Counted from the first letter of the stretch, positions 17,705-26,862 are shown. The stretch is 32,000 nucleotides of DNA from an uncultured archaeon (GCA_964354495.1 CAYHAA010000002.1:90001-122000); one strand, 5' to 3'. The notes: a model not told the origin generated them from the sequence alone. Made by a program: numbers and translations.

Positions 17705-19210
17705 TCATTCCGCGATGGTTTCAACAATGTACTCAATCTCCTCGCTAGGGGCCTCAGAGCTCAATTCATTGGGAAGTTCTTGTTTGGGTAGCACGACAGT
17801 TTCTTCAACCCTCTCAGCAATAGGTTTCTCTAATGTCAGGGCATATCTGATTATCAGAACGCCACAGAGAGACACGGCTGCACATATGAGAAGTGTCACA
17901 GGAAAACCAAAGAGAGGAATCACCCACCCGAGAATGGCTATCTGAGGCGTTGACAGAAGCAGCAGAATGGTTGGCTGCAGCGAGTATATGGAGTTTCGAT
18001 TTCTGTTCGGGATGGCATCAAGTAAGACTCTCTGTGTCAGGATTTCTGCGAAGCCACCAAAAAACATAGTCACCGTAAATAGACAGAAGAGGACAATAAT
18101 AGGAATCACATGTTGAATAGGAATCTTGATTATTACTAGGCTCGTAAATGGCCACATGAGAGTGAGCATCTGATTAGTGTCAGTCACTGGAGGGAATACA
18201 AACATCATGATTGCCAGCAACAAGAAGAAGACGAAACCGCAAGTCTGCAGTAGTCTGAAACGTGGAATCCATTTCCTTGGCTCGAACTTCTGCGACCACA
18301 CTCCCGATCTCTCGTTTGCAGCAACGCCCGGAATGAATACGATAGTCCGATATGAAGCCACAGCTACATCAGTAATCAAGTAACTGAAGTAGAGAGGGAA
18401 GAGAATCAACTGGCCCCAGACTGAGATTGCACTTGCAGCCAGCATGGTGCCCAGAACGAGGTACTTCACAAAAGGCGTGTGCCACAGGTAGCTGACTCCT
18501 TCACGAAGTAGAGAAGTGTATTCGTGCATTGATGGGCGCTTCTCCCGCATTGCCTCTACTTCGGGGAAGTCTCTGATGTACCTCAGGACGAGCAAGGCAA
18601 AGAAGAAGGCTCCGACAGCCTCAATCTGGAAGACAAAGGTACGTTGGAAGACGACGGCAAGGATACTGCCTGGGATAAGAGCAGCAGTTGCAGCTATTTG
18701 TGATATCATACCCATCCTACCCCAAAATACGCCATACTGTTTCCTCTCTTTGTCTTGTGGCATAGCGACCCTGTAGTTGTTATCGAACCATGCGTTCCAA
18801 GCTCCACTGATCTGGGACTGCGCCAAGCCCTGAACCACAAAGATTACGACTAGATAGAGAAATGGGGTTGTTGAAGTCACGAACGAAACCAGCAAGAAAG
18901 CGACACCGTACAAGGAGTTCCCTATGGCGATTACCCACCTCTGCCCAATTGCGTCTCCGAGCGCGCCGCTTGGATAATCAAGAATGGTCTGAGTCACCAT
19001 TTCTACTGCAACGAGCACTCCCAAGAGACCCAAGCCTGCAATATATCCTCCAGATCCTCCTAGAGCCTCTGCAATATAGATGGTATAGAATGTGGTGCTC
19101 ATTGTGAAGATTATGCTGGCTGTCGGCAAGAGGATCATCAGGACCCGACCAAGGTGGATTGCTTTATCGTCAGCCTCTGAGAAACCCATGAAACTCGAAG
19201 TTCTACTCAT
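17705..19210 (-). CDS. Major facilitator superfamily transporter
   Basis: About 12 TM segments, MFS motif A-like DYPSGALGDAIGQRW, acidic C-terminal tail. Confidence 0.9.
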   Translation of the reverse strand: MSRTSSFMGFSEADDKAIHLGRVLMILLPTASIIFTMSTTFYTIYIAEALGGSGGYIAGLGLLGVLVAVEMVTQTILDYPSGALGDAIGQRWVIAIGNSLYGVAFLLVSFVTSTTPFLYLVVIFVVQGLAQSQISGAWNAWFDNNYRVAMPQDKERKQYGVFWGRMGMISQIAATAALIPGSILAVVFQRTFVFQIEAVGAFFFALLVLRYIRDFPEVEAMREKRPSMHEYTSLLREGVSYLWHTPFVKYLVLGTMLAASAISVWGQLILFPLYFSYLITDVAVASYRTIVFIPGVAANERSGVWSQKFEPRKWIPRFRLLQTCGFVFFLLLAIMMFVFPPVTDTNQMLTLMWPFTSLVIIKIPIQHVIPIIVLFCLFTVTMFFGGFAEILTQRVLLDAIPNRNRNSIYSLQPTILLLLSTPQIAILGWVIPLFGFPVTLLICAAVSLCGVLIIRYALTLEKPIAERVEETVVLPKQELPNELSSEAPSEEIEYIVETIAE

Positions 19211-19422
19211 CTCTTCTATCTCCCCAAGAAGACTTCACATTACTGGAAATCACGAGTATATAATGAAAAGGCACTACAGGGGGACACATCGTGGGGACAC
19301 GTGCTGTGACCCATACTCTATGCCCATGGTAGAGTCAAGAATGGAAGCAACTTGTCCTAGAGTCAATAGCAAACTTCATCTGCTTAATACGTACAATCTG
19401 CATCGGAAGGGGATAGTCACAA

Positions 19423-19752
19423 TTGAAGACAGAAGGAGAGAGTGCATGTTCATCAGGACTGCTCATTCTCGTAATGCTTGTCACAGTGACTGGAGCGATT
19501 GTCAATTGGCCAAATCCCAATCCCACTGTTGATATTGTCTATGGACCAGAGATTGAAACCTCTGCAGGCTCAGAGATTATCTCGACTCCCATTATTCCCA
19601 AGACACTGATTACTATTGCTAACATCACATCCTTCGATTACTGGCGCAAGTATGAGTTTTCTGCGGGCACTTATTCTATTCAGTCTGAGATCAATATCCC
19701 TCTATTGAAAGTGACTGAAATACGAATGGGATTTTTCTTTTTCTATCATTAA
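19423..19752 (+). CDS. N-terminal fragment (signal/anchor segment) of a frameshift-split exported membrane protein
   Basis: TTG start, hydrophobic LLILVMLVTVTGAIV, NIT sequon. Overlaps the open frame of the next ORF over 19715-19752. Confidence 0.6.
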   Translation: MKTEGESACSSGLLILVMLVTVTGAIVNWPNPNPTVDIVYGPEIETSAGSEIISTPIIPKTLITIANITSFDYWRKYEFSAGTYSIQSEINIPLLKVTEIRMGFFFFYH

Positions 19753-21157
19753 CGATACAGCTACGGTGACAGCGGCAGCTGAAGATTGGAATTATGGTGA
19801 AGCCCATTACATAACCAATTCATCAGCCTTAGGAATAGGTGCCCATTCGCTCACCCTTGCATTTCCATGGAGTGGTTCTGGCAGTACCTATCATGGATGG
19901 GCAGACCAAGTATTTGTCCGGCTTTCAGTGAAAGATTGTCAAGAGGATTCCGTACAGCTAATCAGATACTGGCTCCAAGTGGCTGTTTCAGAGAGCGTGT
20001 GTCCACTCGTAGTGGACATCAGGAGGACAAATGGCGAGAGCCTTTACTCGAGTCCTTTCATCTATCAAATCTACCAGAGCGAATATGCTCCAAAGGTGGT
20101 TCTAGTCTATAATAATTCCTACACAGTGTTCAGTCCAACTCGTGTCAACGATACTCTCTTAGTCCCTGCTGGAAATCTGTCTGCTAGATTCCAATGGCCC
20201 TATCGGGATCTATTGATCCACAACTTCACCACTCAGACGAATCAATCCATGTTCCTTCGTTTCAGTGCTCAATTCGTGCGTCTCGATGTCGAGTGTAGCC
20301 AGCGCATGCCTGAACTCGAAATCAGAGTTGCGTACTATTACGGCTCTTGTGAATACGAGCATATTCTCGCCTACTCCTCTCCCTTCTTCTACACTCCGTC
20401 TAATAGAACTCTCGTTATCGAAGTTGGATCATTTGATTCGTCTTTTGAGATTCTTGTTTCAACAGTTCGGGTTCGAACATTCTTGACTGCAGTCAACACG
20501 GGTTTCAATAGAAACATGACGCTAGTCATTCATCCTAATTGGATTCAGATTGGTAACCTATTGATTCCTCCGGGGAAACTCATGTCACTTCTTTCGTTTG
20601 CAATGATAGTTCTGATAGCACCAGTTTACTACAAGTCAAAGATAGTGAAAAGCAGAGCTTTCATACCCTGGGGTTTTCTGAATCTTAGCCTCATTATCCC
20701 CTGGCTAAGCTCGTTTGATGAGTCGCCCTATGTGGAATCAACTCCAATTATGAACTATATTACCTATCGGACTGGCAGTCCAATCTTTAGTACGATAGTT
20801 TACAACAGTGATTCGAATGCCGTCCTCATGGCACAATCAGAGAGAGATATTGGGATCGCCATTTTGCTGTGGATGATTATATTTTTGGTCTTCGTTGTGA
20901 CCACTGGTCAGCTTGAAGGATTTGAATCAAAGATGAAAGAAAAAGCTGCGGGATTAGGAATAGTCATTTGTTGTTGCATTGAGTTTCTCTATCTTGCATA
21001 TCTCTTTCAGACCTACGGCTATATTGGTCTGACGCTTGAGATGGGCCCCTTTTTCTCCATAGTGGCTGTCATCTTTTGGCTAATCCATCCTCTAATCATA
21101 CCGAAGGTATATAGCTCTAAGCCTCAAGTTGATTCAATTGAAACTGCCAATGCTTGA
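19715..21157 (+). CDS. C-terminal part of the same putative surface glycoprotein (extracellular beta-rich region plus about 4 C-terminal TMs)
   Basis: Frame open from 19715 (LKYEWDFSFSIINDTATVTAAAEDW), upstream of the track's GTG 19766. No signal peptide of its own. Many N-x-S/T sequons and a hydrophobic C-terminus. Confidence 0.7.
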   Translation: MKYEWDFSFSIINDTATVTAAAEDWNYGEAHYITNSSALGIGAHSLTLAFPWSGSGSTYHGWADQVFVRLSVKDCQEDSVQLIRYWLQVAVSESVCPLVVDIRRTNGESLYSSPFIYQIYQSEYAPKVVLVYNNSYTVFSPTRVNDTLLVPAGNLSARFQWPYRDLLIHNFTTQTNQSMFLRFSAQFVRLDVECSQRMPELEIRVAYYYGSCEYEHILAYSSPFFYTPSNRTLVIEVGSFDSSFEILVSTVRVRTFLTAVNTGFNRNMTLVIHPNWIQIGNLLIPPGKLMSLLSFAMIVLIAPVYYKSKIVKSRAFIPWGFLNLSLIIPWLSSFDESPYVESTPIMNYITYRTGSPIFSTIVYNSDSNAVLMAQSERDIGIAILLWMIIFLVFVVTTGQLEGFESKMKEKAAGLGIVICCCIEFLYLAYLFQTYGYIGLTLEMGPFFSIVAVIFWLIHPLIIPKVYSSKPQVDSIETANA

Positions 21158-21232
21158 ATTGCCTAGAATTCGCAGATTGTGCAATGGAATAGCTTCAATA
21201 GTACCTTCCGAAGTTCCATCGTTGGTTTCTCT

Positions 21233-22135
21233 ATGCAGCTAACGCCCGAACTCACGATTGGAATCCTGATTGGACTTTTCACATCGCTCCTCTGGGCGAT
21301 ATCCACGAATGTATACAAGTCTCAGAGCAAGGAAGCCAAGCCGCTAGCAATCTCAGCTCTCAAGATGTGGGCCGCCTTAGCTGTTATGTCAGTCATTGTC
21401 ATCCTGCCTTTTCGGACAACTCCATTCTACGTGCCTTTGGATTCACTCATCTTCCTTGTCCTATCTGTGACGATTGGACTGGTTATTGGAGATTCCATCT
21501 ATCTCATCAGCCAAGAGAGGATTGGCGTCTCATATGCATACCCCATCGCAAATACGTATCCAATATTGACATACATAATAGCCATTTTCCTTGTTAACGA
21601 AACTGTTCTACTCAGCCGATTCGTGGGAATCATCGTTGCAGTCATTGGCATCGCACTCATATCAAGAGCCCAGGCTGCGAATGGGGAGTCAAGCGGGGCC
21701 CGCAAGTTCGACGCTTTCGGAATCGGAGTTTCGTTCTCTGCTGCAATCTGTTGGGCGTCTGGAAGTGTACTGCTTCAAATGGGGGTCACCAACATTGATC
21801 CCATCGATGCCAATTTCGTGAGGATGTTCTTTGGCGGAGCGATATTCATCCCTGTCTTCCTCGGGTTGGTCAAGCGTGGAATGCCATTGCCAACTCGCAG
21901 AGCAACCAAGATTGTTCTAGCTGCCGGATTTCTCGGAATGACAATAGGCTCACTCTTGTACACTTTCACTGTAAAACTCATTGGCGCATCAATTGCCGCT
22001 CTTCTTGGTTCAATGTCGCCGCTATACGCAGTACCAATCTCTGTGTTCTTCCTAAAAGAGAAGTTCAGTCCGAAATCCCTAGTCGGGGCGGTGCTCACCG
22101 TTCTAGGCGTAGTGCTGGTTGTGCTCGCGGTCTAG
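21233..22135 (+). CDS. DMT superfamily / EamA-like transporter
   Basis: About 10 TM segments in two repeats, with IGVSYAYPIANTYP and IGASIAALLGSMSPLYAV. Start refined to ATG 21233. Confidence 0.9.
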   Translation: MQLTPELTIGILIGLFTSLLWAISTNVYKSQSKEAKPLAISALKMWAALAVMSVIVILPFRTTPFYVPLDSLIFLVLSVTIGLVIGDSIYLISQERIGVSYAYPIANTYPILTYIIAIFLVNETVLLSRFVGIIVAVIGIALISRAQAANGESSGARKFDAFGIGVSFSAAICWASGSVLLQMGVTNIDPIDANFVRMFFGGAIFIPVFLGLVKRGMPLPTRRATKIVLAAGFLGMTIGSLLYTFTVKLIGASIAALLGSMSPLYAVPISVFFLKEKFSPKSLVGAVLTVLGVVLVVLAV

Positions 22136-22264
22136 TTCGGGACTGAGTCATCAAACGATAGTTAGCTAATAGACTGTTGGCGGATATCGGTGCGACTCCG
22201 TTGGCGTTGAACGTGTGAGTATTAAGCACTCATTACTCTATGATATTGCATTAGGTGGCAGTCT

Positions 22265-23113
22265 GTGAAGGAACCTAGATCGGACTTAGTGAGAAGAATC
22301 CTCCTCACAATAGATCAGAATCCTTCTTCAGTCTATGACATCCAGTATTCATTACTTGAGGCTTCGGATCCGACAAGGAATAGGCTGCCCAAGTTACTCA
22401 AGGCGATGGAAGATGAGAATCTAGTTCGTAGTGCGCTGCAGCCGGGACCTCTTGGTCCATACAGACGGATGTATGAGCTTGGACCAAAAGCTCAGGATTA
22501 TTTGAACGCGAATCTGAGGGATGGAATTCAGACTCTACTCCATTTCTACAGAGTTTTCAGGCGTGAGAATCCCGGGAGGCTCTACAACCTCAATAAGAGA
22601 CCTGAGCAAATGCAAGCATCAGGAGTGATCCTTTTCGCTTCTTTTCCAAATCTGGCTATCGATGATTTGAGAACGATACGGGAGCTGCTGACTACATCGG
22701 AGGGAGTATCAGTGGCAATAGTGGGCTCAGATGATATCCTAACTAAGACAGGAATCCTCTATCAAAACATGGGAATGAGAATCACAAGTATCGACGCTCC
22801 GAATGAGTCTGTGTCTGAGATTCACCTACATGGCGTTCCTCCTCCGAACGAATTGTCGCCTGCCATAGAAGAGTGCAAGAGAGTCCTCACGCGAAATGGA
22901 TTGCTGCAAATTACTGCTCCTTTCGTGTTCTTTAAAGAATCAAATAGCCCTGAACTTGAGAACTTCATCAAGAGAACTGCAGCCTCGCTATTCCCAGAGT
23001 TGGGCGTCATAGATGGCAATAGTGTCCGAGACATTATAGAAACAGAATTCTCAACAAATGGAGCGTATGAAACGCAGCAGGGAGAAGTCGTATTTTGGGG
23101 TGTAAAACCCTAA
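22265..23113 (+). CDS. Winged-helix (PadR-like) regulator fused to a degenerate class I methyltransferase-like domain
   Basis: N-terminal ILLTI...VYDI...LPKLLKAMEDENLV...GPYRRMYELGP. C-terminal AIEECKRVLTRNGLLQI. GTG start with AGGTGG upstream. Confidence 0.7.
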   Translation: MKEPRSDLVRRILLTIDQNPSSVYDIQYSLLEASDPTRNRLPKLLKAMEDENLVRSALQPGPLGPYRRMYELGPKAQDYLNANLRDGIQTLLHFYRVFRRENPGRLYNLNKRPEQMQASGVILFASFPNLAIDDLRTIRELLTTSEGVSVAIVGSDDILTKTGILYQNMGMRITSIDAPNESVSEIHLHGVPPPNELSPAIEECKRVLTRNGLLQITAPFVFFKESNSPELENFIKRTAASLFPELGVIDGNSVRDIIETEFSTNGAYETQQGEVVFWGVKP

Positions 23114-23123
23114 CTATGACTTC

Positions 23124-23783
23124 TTATGTTGGCTTTCTGGCGACTGCCCAGACATAGCCTCTAAGGTCATTGGGTTTGATGATTCGCTCTTCAGTACCAA
23201 ATGCATGTAGTGTCCATCCTTTCAGTTCTTTCCGAAGTTCATTCGCCGTCACAAATCGGATTGGTGGATCGGTGTTGTAGTGAGGTAGGATATTGCCACT
23301 ATAGACGAAGAATCCGCCAGATTTGACTGCCGCCATTGCCTCTCTCATTCGAGGAATCGTGCGGTCGAAGAGGTACTGGAGACACTGTATTGCTATAACG
23401 ACATCATATGATTCGCGTTCTATTGGCCACCCATCAATATCATCCAAACGGAACTCAACACGCTCACTTAAGTTGAGTATCCTGGCTTTCCTCTGAGCAA
23501 CAGCTATCGCACTAGCAAGAGCGTCAACTGCAACAATGCGGCATCCAAGCCTGGCTAGATAACATGCGACATTTCCATCTCCACTACCAAGTTCAAGAAT
23601 CCTGAGACCATTGGTGTTTGTTCCGGTTATTGCAAGTGCATGTTCCAATTGCTGGGTTCGATGCCCAACGTCGATGCGGGCCAGTTCTTCATCGGTTGCA
23701 GAGAGCATTTGACTGTAGGTCTTATCCCATGCATCCATCCACTTCTTTGGAGCTGCCACTTCGATATTGTCACACAATGTCAT
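23124..23783 (-). CDS. Class I SAM-dependent methyltransferase
   Basis: Motif I ILELGSGDG, post-I VAVD, motif II YDVVIAIQCL, AVKSGGFFV. Confidence 0.92.
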   Translation of the reverse strand: MTLCDNIEVAAPKKWMDAWDKTYSQMLSATDEELARIDVGHRTQQLEHALAITGTNTNGLRILELGSGDGNVACYLARLGCRIVAVDALASAIAVAQRKARILNLSERVEFRLDDIDGWPIERESYDVVIAIQCLQYLFDRTIPRMREAMAAVKSGGFFVYSGNILPHYNTDPPIRFVTANELRKELKGWTLHAFGTEERIIKPNDLRGYVWAVARKPT

Positions 23784-23944
23784 TTCGAGTCGATGGCGAG
23801 GCCAACAAGGCGATGTATAAAGTGTGTGGTTTCAGCGTACCAAGACCTACTCATAGAGAAAGATAGATATTGACTTGCAAAAGGGATTATTCCCAGAGAG
23901 GAGAACGGTTCAGCGCTGCATTGAGTTCAGCATCCAACTGGGGA

Positions 23945-24382
23945 ATGATAATGAAAGACAAAAGCGAACTGCTTGCAAAGCTCATTCTGGAGGAGAGCAT
24001 CAGCGCGATTGCGGTCCTAAGTGAGAGGACCGGCCTGAAAACAGACGAAGTTGTTGAAATGATAGCCGAACTCAAGAGTAAGGGCAGACTGAACGGTTCA
24101 TTGACAGAAGATGGCTCGCGTTTCTTCAAGAGTACTGTAAAGGTCTCTGATGCACGAGTAATTCCCAGGGAAGAGAAGCTTCCAGAGTTTCTATCCTATA
24201 ATACGAAACCTGGAAAAGTGACAGCCATTGTCGGTCTTCTGATCCTTGTTTCCGGAGCGGTAATCACTGTTCTCGCCTCGGATATAGAGGAACAGAACTT
24301 CGCAGCAGTCCTCATACTCATCGGACTGCTTGTGTTCTTACTCGGCCTCTATCTCATCGCTCGAAGGGGCTCGCCGAGCTGA
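23945..24382 (+). CDS. PCI-like winged-helix domain protein with two C-terminal TM helices (start 23945 or 23951)
   Basis: LSERTGLKTDEVVEMIAELKSKGRLNGSLTEDG fits the PCI/DDRGK winged-helix pattern. Two hydrophobic C-terminal segments. Confidence 0.65.
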   Translation: MIMKDKSELLAKLILEESISAIAVLSERTGLKTDEVVEMIAELKSKGRLNGSLTEDGSRFFKSTVKVSDARVIPREEKLPEFLSYNTKPGKVTAIVGLLILVSGAVITVLASDIEEQNFAAVLILIGLLVFLLGLYLIARRGSPS

Positions 24383-24461
24383 ACAAAGCGGAATTCAGCA
24401 ACCGCAACTAACTCCTTAAGTAGGGGACAACGCCGGTCCTTAGTTGAAAGAAGGTGCTTTT

Positions 24462-25436
24462 TTGCAGGAAATTCTTCTGCTTGACATTGTGTTCGTAGCC
24501 ATATTCGCTGTAGGCGTGGGAACACTGTCATCTATGATTGGCATGGGCGGAGGAGTCCTAAATACACCTTTGCTTCTCATTGTCTTCTATAGCGTATTCG
24601 ATGAGCAATCAGCACCAGCAACAGCACTTGTTGGAGCACTCTTTGTGTCTCTGGCTGCAACAATCATATATTGGCGGCAGAGCCCACGACCAACGCTTGT
24701 CAAGGCTGGACTGATTATGGCCATGTTTTCGGTCCCAGGTTCTCTCGGTGGAGTCATACTTAGGACATTGATAACAGCACCATATGCACTGAGACTCATC
24801 TTCGGACTTTCACTTATGCCACTGGCGCTCAAGATGCTCTTCGCCAAGAAAAAAGGAAAAGGAGACTTAGCCTCCGAATTGTCGAGCTGGAGCATCTCCC
24901 AGATAACGACCAAACGATGGATTATCTCATTGTTTGGAGCATTCATCGGAGGCGTTGCCGCAGGCCTGCTTGGGCTAGGTGGAGGGGCTGTTTTAGTGCC
25001 TGTGCTCTGCATGTTCATGGGCGTGCCCATGCACGCAGCAGTCGCCACTTCAATGTTCATTATGATATTCACAACAACAGCAGGCACTGTGCTCAACTTC
25101 TACGTCGGGGATGTAAACATATACTTCGCGATTGCATTAGGTATTGGAATGCTTATCGGGGGTCAAATCGGATCTAGACTTTCTTGTCGGGTCAATGCTG
25201 TTCAATTGAAGCAAATCTTTGGCGTGCTCTTGGTCCTTCCTCTCATTACAATGATGAAGCTGGGACTAATATGGCTCGATCCCACGGGCACTAGAGGTTT
25301 CCTATCAACTCTTGGGGATGTGATCATCTGGCTAGCAATAGTTGTTCCAGTCGGTCTTCTAAGGCTCTACCAACTGCGCAGGGCGCGTGGCACTTCGGAA
25401 GCCTTAGAGCCATGCGATTTGCCTGCCCCTGAATGA
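24462..25436 (+). CDS. Sulfite exporter TauE/SafE family protein
   Basis: Duplicated motifs GTLSSMIGMGGGVLNTP and GVAAGLLGLGGGAVLVP, AVATS, GGQIGSRLS. TTG 24462 has AAGGTG upstream (alternative start 24444). Confidence 0.9.
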   Translation: MQEILLLDIVFVAIFAVGVGTLSSMIGMGGGVLNTPLLLIVFYSVFDEQSAPATALVGALFVSLAATIIYWRQSPRPTLVKAGLIMAMFSVPGSLGGVILRTLITAPYALRLIFGLSLMPLALKMLFAKKKGKGDLASELSSWSISQITTKRWIISLFGAFIGGVAAGLLGLGGGAVLVPVLCMFMGVPMHAAVATSMFIMIFTTTAGTVLNFYVGDVNIYFAIALGIGMLIGGQIGSRLSCRVNAVQLKQIFGVLLVLPLITMMKLGLIWLDPTGTRGFLSTLGDVIIWLAIVVPVGLLRLYQLRRARGTSEALEPCDLPAPE

Positions 25437-25502
25437 CATATCTATGCTGATTTCAGAACAGACAAATCCTCGACACGATGTGTGTCACTAGAGTGAAATA
25501 AC

Positions 25503-25961
25503 GTGGTCATGATTAGAAGAGCCGGTTCAGGTGACATTCAGGTGATTCTTCATCATCGCGTTGAGATGCTCAAGTCCATGGGATATTCAGAGGAACAGCT
25601 GTCAGCAACGGGAAACGCGATGGAGAGGTTTCTTTCGGAACCTTGGGATCCAAGCATTGAGTTCTATCTGGCAATCGAAGATGAAAGGATCATCGGTGGG
25701 TGCGCAGTGAGCTTCTGCATTGCATTTCCATCTACAAGAAATCCAAGCGGCAAGTTTGCATATCTCTACAATATGTTTGTTGAACCTGATTATCGTGGAA
25801 GAGGTGTCGCTACTTCTCTCGTCAGGCATATTGCTCTAGTCTGCAAAAAGAAGGGAGTCGAAAAAATGACACTTCATGACACAAAGATGAGTAGAGGCAT
25901 CTATGAAAAAGAAGGCTTTGTACGTTCTGAGAACTACTATACGAAAATCATCGAAAGCTGA
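25503..25961 (+). CDS. GNAT family N-acetyltransferase
   Basis: AYLYNMFVEPDYRGRGVATSL and IYEKEGF. Confidence 0.92.
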   Translation: MVMIRRAGSGDIQVILHHRVEMLKSMGYSEEQLSATGNAMERFLSEPWDPSIEFYLAIEDERIIGGCAVSFCIAFPSTRNPSGKFAYLYNMFVEPDYRGRGVATSLVRHIALVCKKKGVEKMTLHDTKMSRGIYEKEGFVRSENYYTKIIES

Positions 25962-25989
25962 GAAGATATGATTGATTCCAGATGCCTGC

Positions 25990-25997
25990 TTTTATTA
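25990..25997 (+). promoter_or_regulatory. Possible TATA box (TTTTATTA) for the SDR gene
   Basis: 27-34 nt upstream of TTG 26024. Confidence 0.35.
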
Positions 25998-26023
25998 GGG
26001 GGTCTTTCTACTAGAGCCACATT

Positions 26024-26812
26024 TTGGTCAATCTGGAGAGAATTTCAATGAAATACAATCTTGATGGAAAAGTGGCAATTATCACTGGCGCTTCGGCTGG
26101 CCTTGGAGAGCAGTTCGCTAACGGATTCGCGGAATCAGGTGCTCACGTGGTTCTTGCTGCAAGACGTATGGATCTTCTGACGAAAATCGCTGACGAGGTC
26201 TCTCACAAGCACGGAGTTACAGCGCTCCCACTCAAGATAGATGTAACAAAAGAGGCAGACATCATACGGCTAGTTGAGAAGACTGTCAAGGAACTCGGTA
26301 CTGTAGATATACTGGTGAACAACGCAGGAATGTATATCGTTAAGCCGCTCGTTGAACAGACCCTTGCTGACTGGAACTTGGTGATGAATGTCAATCTCAC
26401 GTCAGCGTTTCTCGCAAGCAGAGAGGCTGCAAAAGTGATGATTCCCAAGAAGTCCGGTTCAATCATCAACATCTCATCGACTTTCGCATATGGAGGCACC
26501 GAGTTCACCGAATTAAGCTACTACACATCCAAGGGTGGGCTGGTGTCCATGACGAAGGCACTAGCGGTCGAGCTTGGAAAGAAGAACATTCGAGTGAACG
26601 CAATCGCGCCAGGTTTCTTCCCTACTGCGATGTCAAAGGGTGCAATTGAGGATGATGCAATAAGAAAGAGGCTAATCGAGCCAAGAACAGCACTTCCAAT
26701 GCTTGCAAAGAATGAATGGATACGTGGTGCGGCGTGTTTCCTGGCTAGCGAAGACGCGAAATACATCACCGGTCACATCCTAGCAGTCGATGGCGGCTGG
26801 CTGGCATTCTAG
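26024..26812 (+). CDS. Classical short-chain dehydrogenase/reductase (start TTG 26024 or ATG 26048)
   Basis: TGASAGLG, NNAG, catalytic YYTSK, IRVNAIAPG, VDGG. Confidence 0.95.
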   Translation: MVNLERISMKYNLDGKVAIITGASAGLGEQFANGFAESGAHVVLAARRMDLLTKIADEVSHKHGVTALPLKIDVTKEADIIRLVEKTVKELGTVDILVNNAGMYIVKPLVEQTLADWNLVMNVNLTSAFLASREAAKVMIPKKSGSIINISSTFAYGGTEFTELSYYTSKGGLVSMTKALAVELGKKNIRVNAIAPGFFPTAMSKGAIEDDAIRKRLIEPRTALPMLAKNEWIRGAACFLASEDAKYITGHILAVDGGWLAF

Positions 26813-26814
26813 AG

Positions 26815-26855
26815 AAAAAAGAGAGATGATGGTAGTTCCATAGCTACCATCACTC
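26815..26855 (-). terminator. Hairpin plus oligo-T intrinsic terminator-like structure
   Basis: Perfect 9-bp stem TGATGGTAG (26827-26835) / CTACCATCA (26844-26852), followed on the minus strand by T6 (A6 at 26815-26820). Lies between convergent genes. Confidence 0.55.
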
Positions 26856-26862
26856 CTTGAAC

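Noticed and set aside
19092-19532. 146-aa ORF spanning the MFS start and intergenic region
   Set aside because: It overlaps two better-supported genes and has no motif.
24587-25096. 169-aa antisense ORF
   Set aside because: Shadow of the TauE gene; its Pro/Thr/Ser richness mirrors Gly/Val codons.
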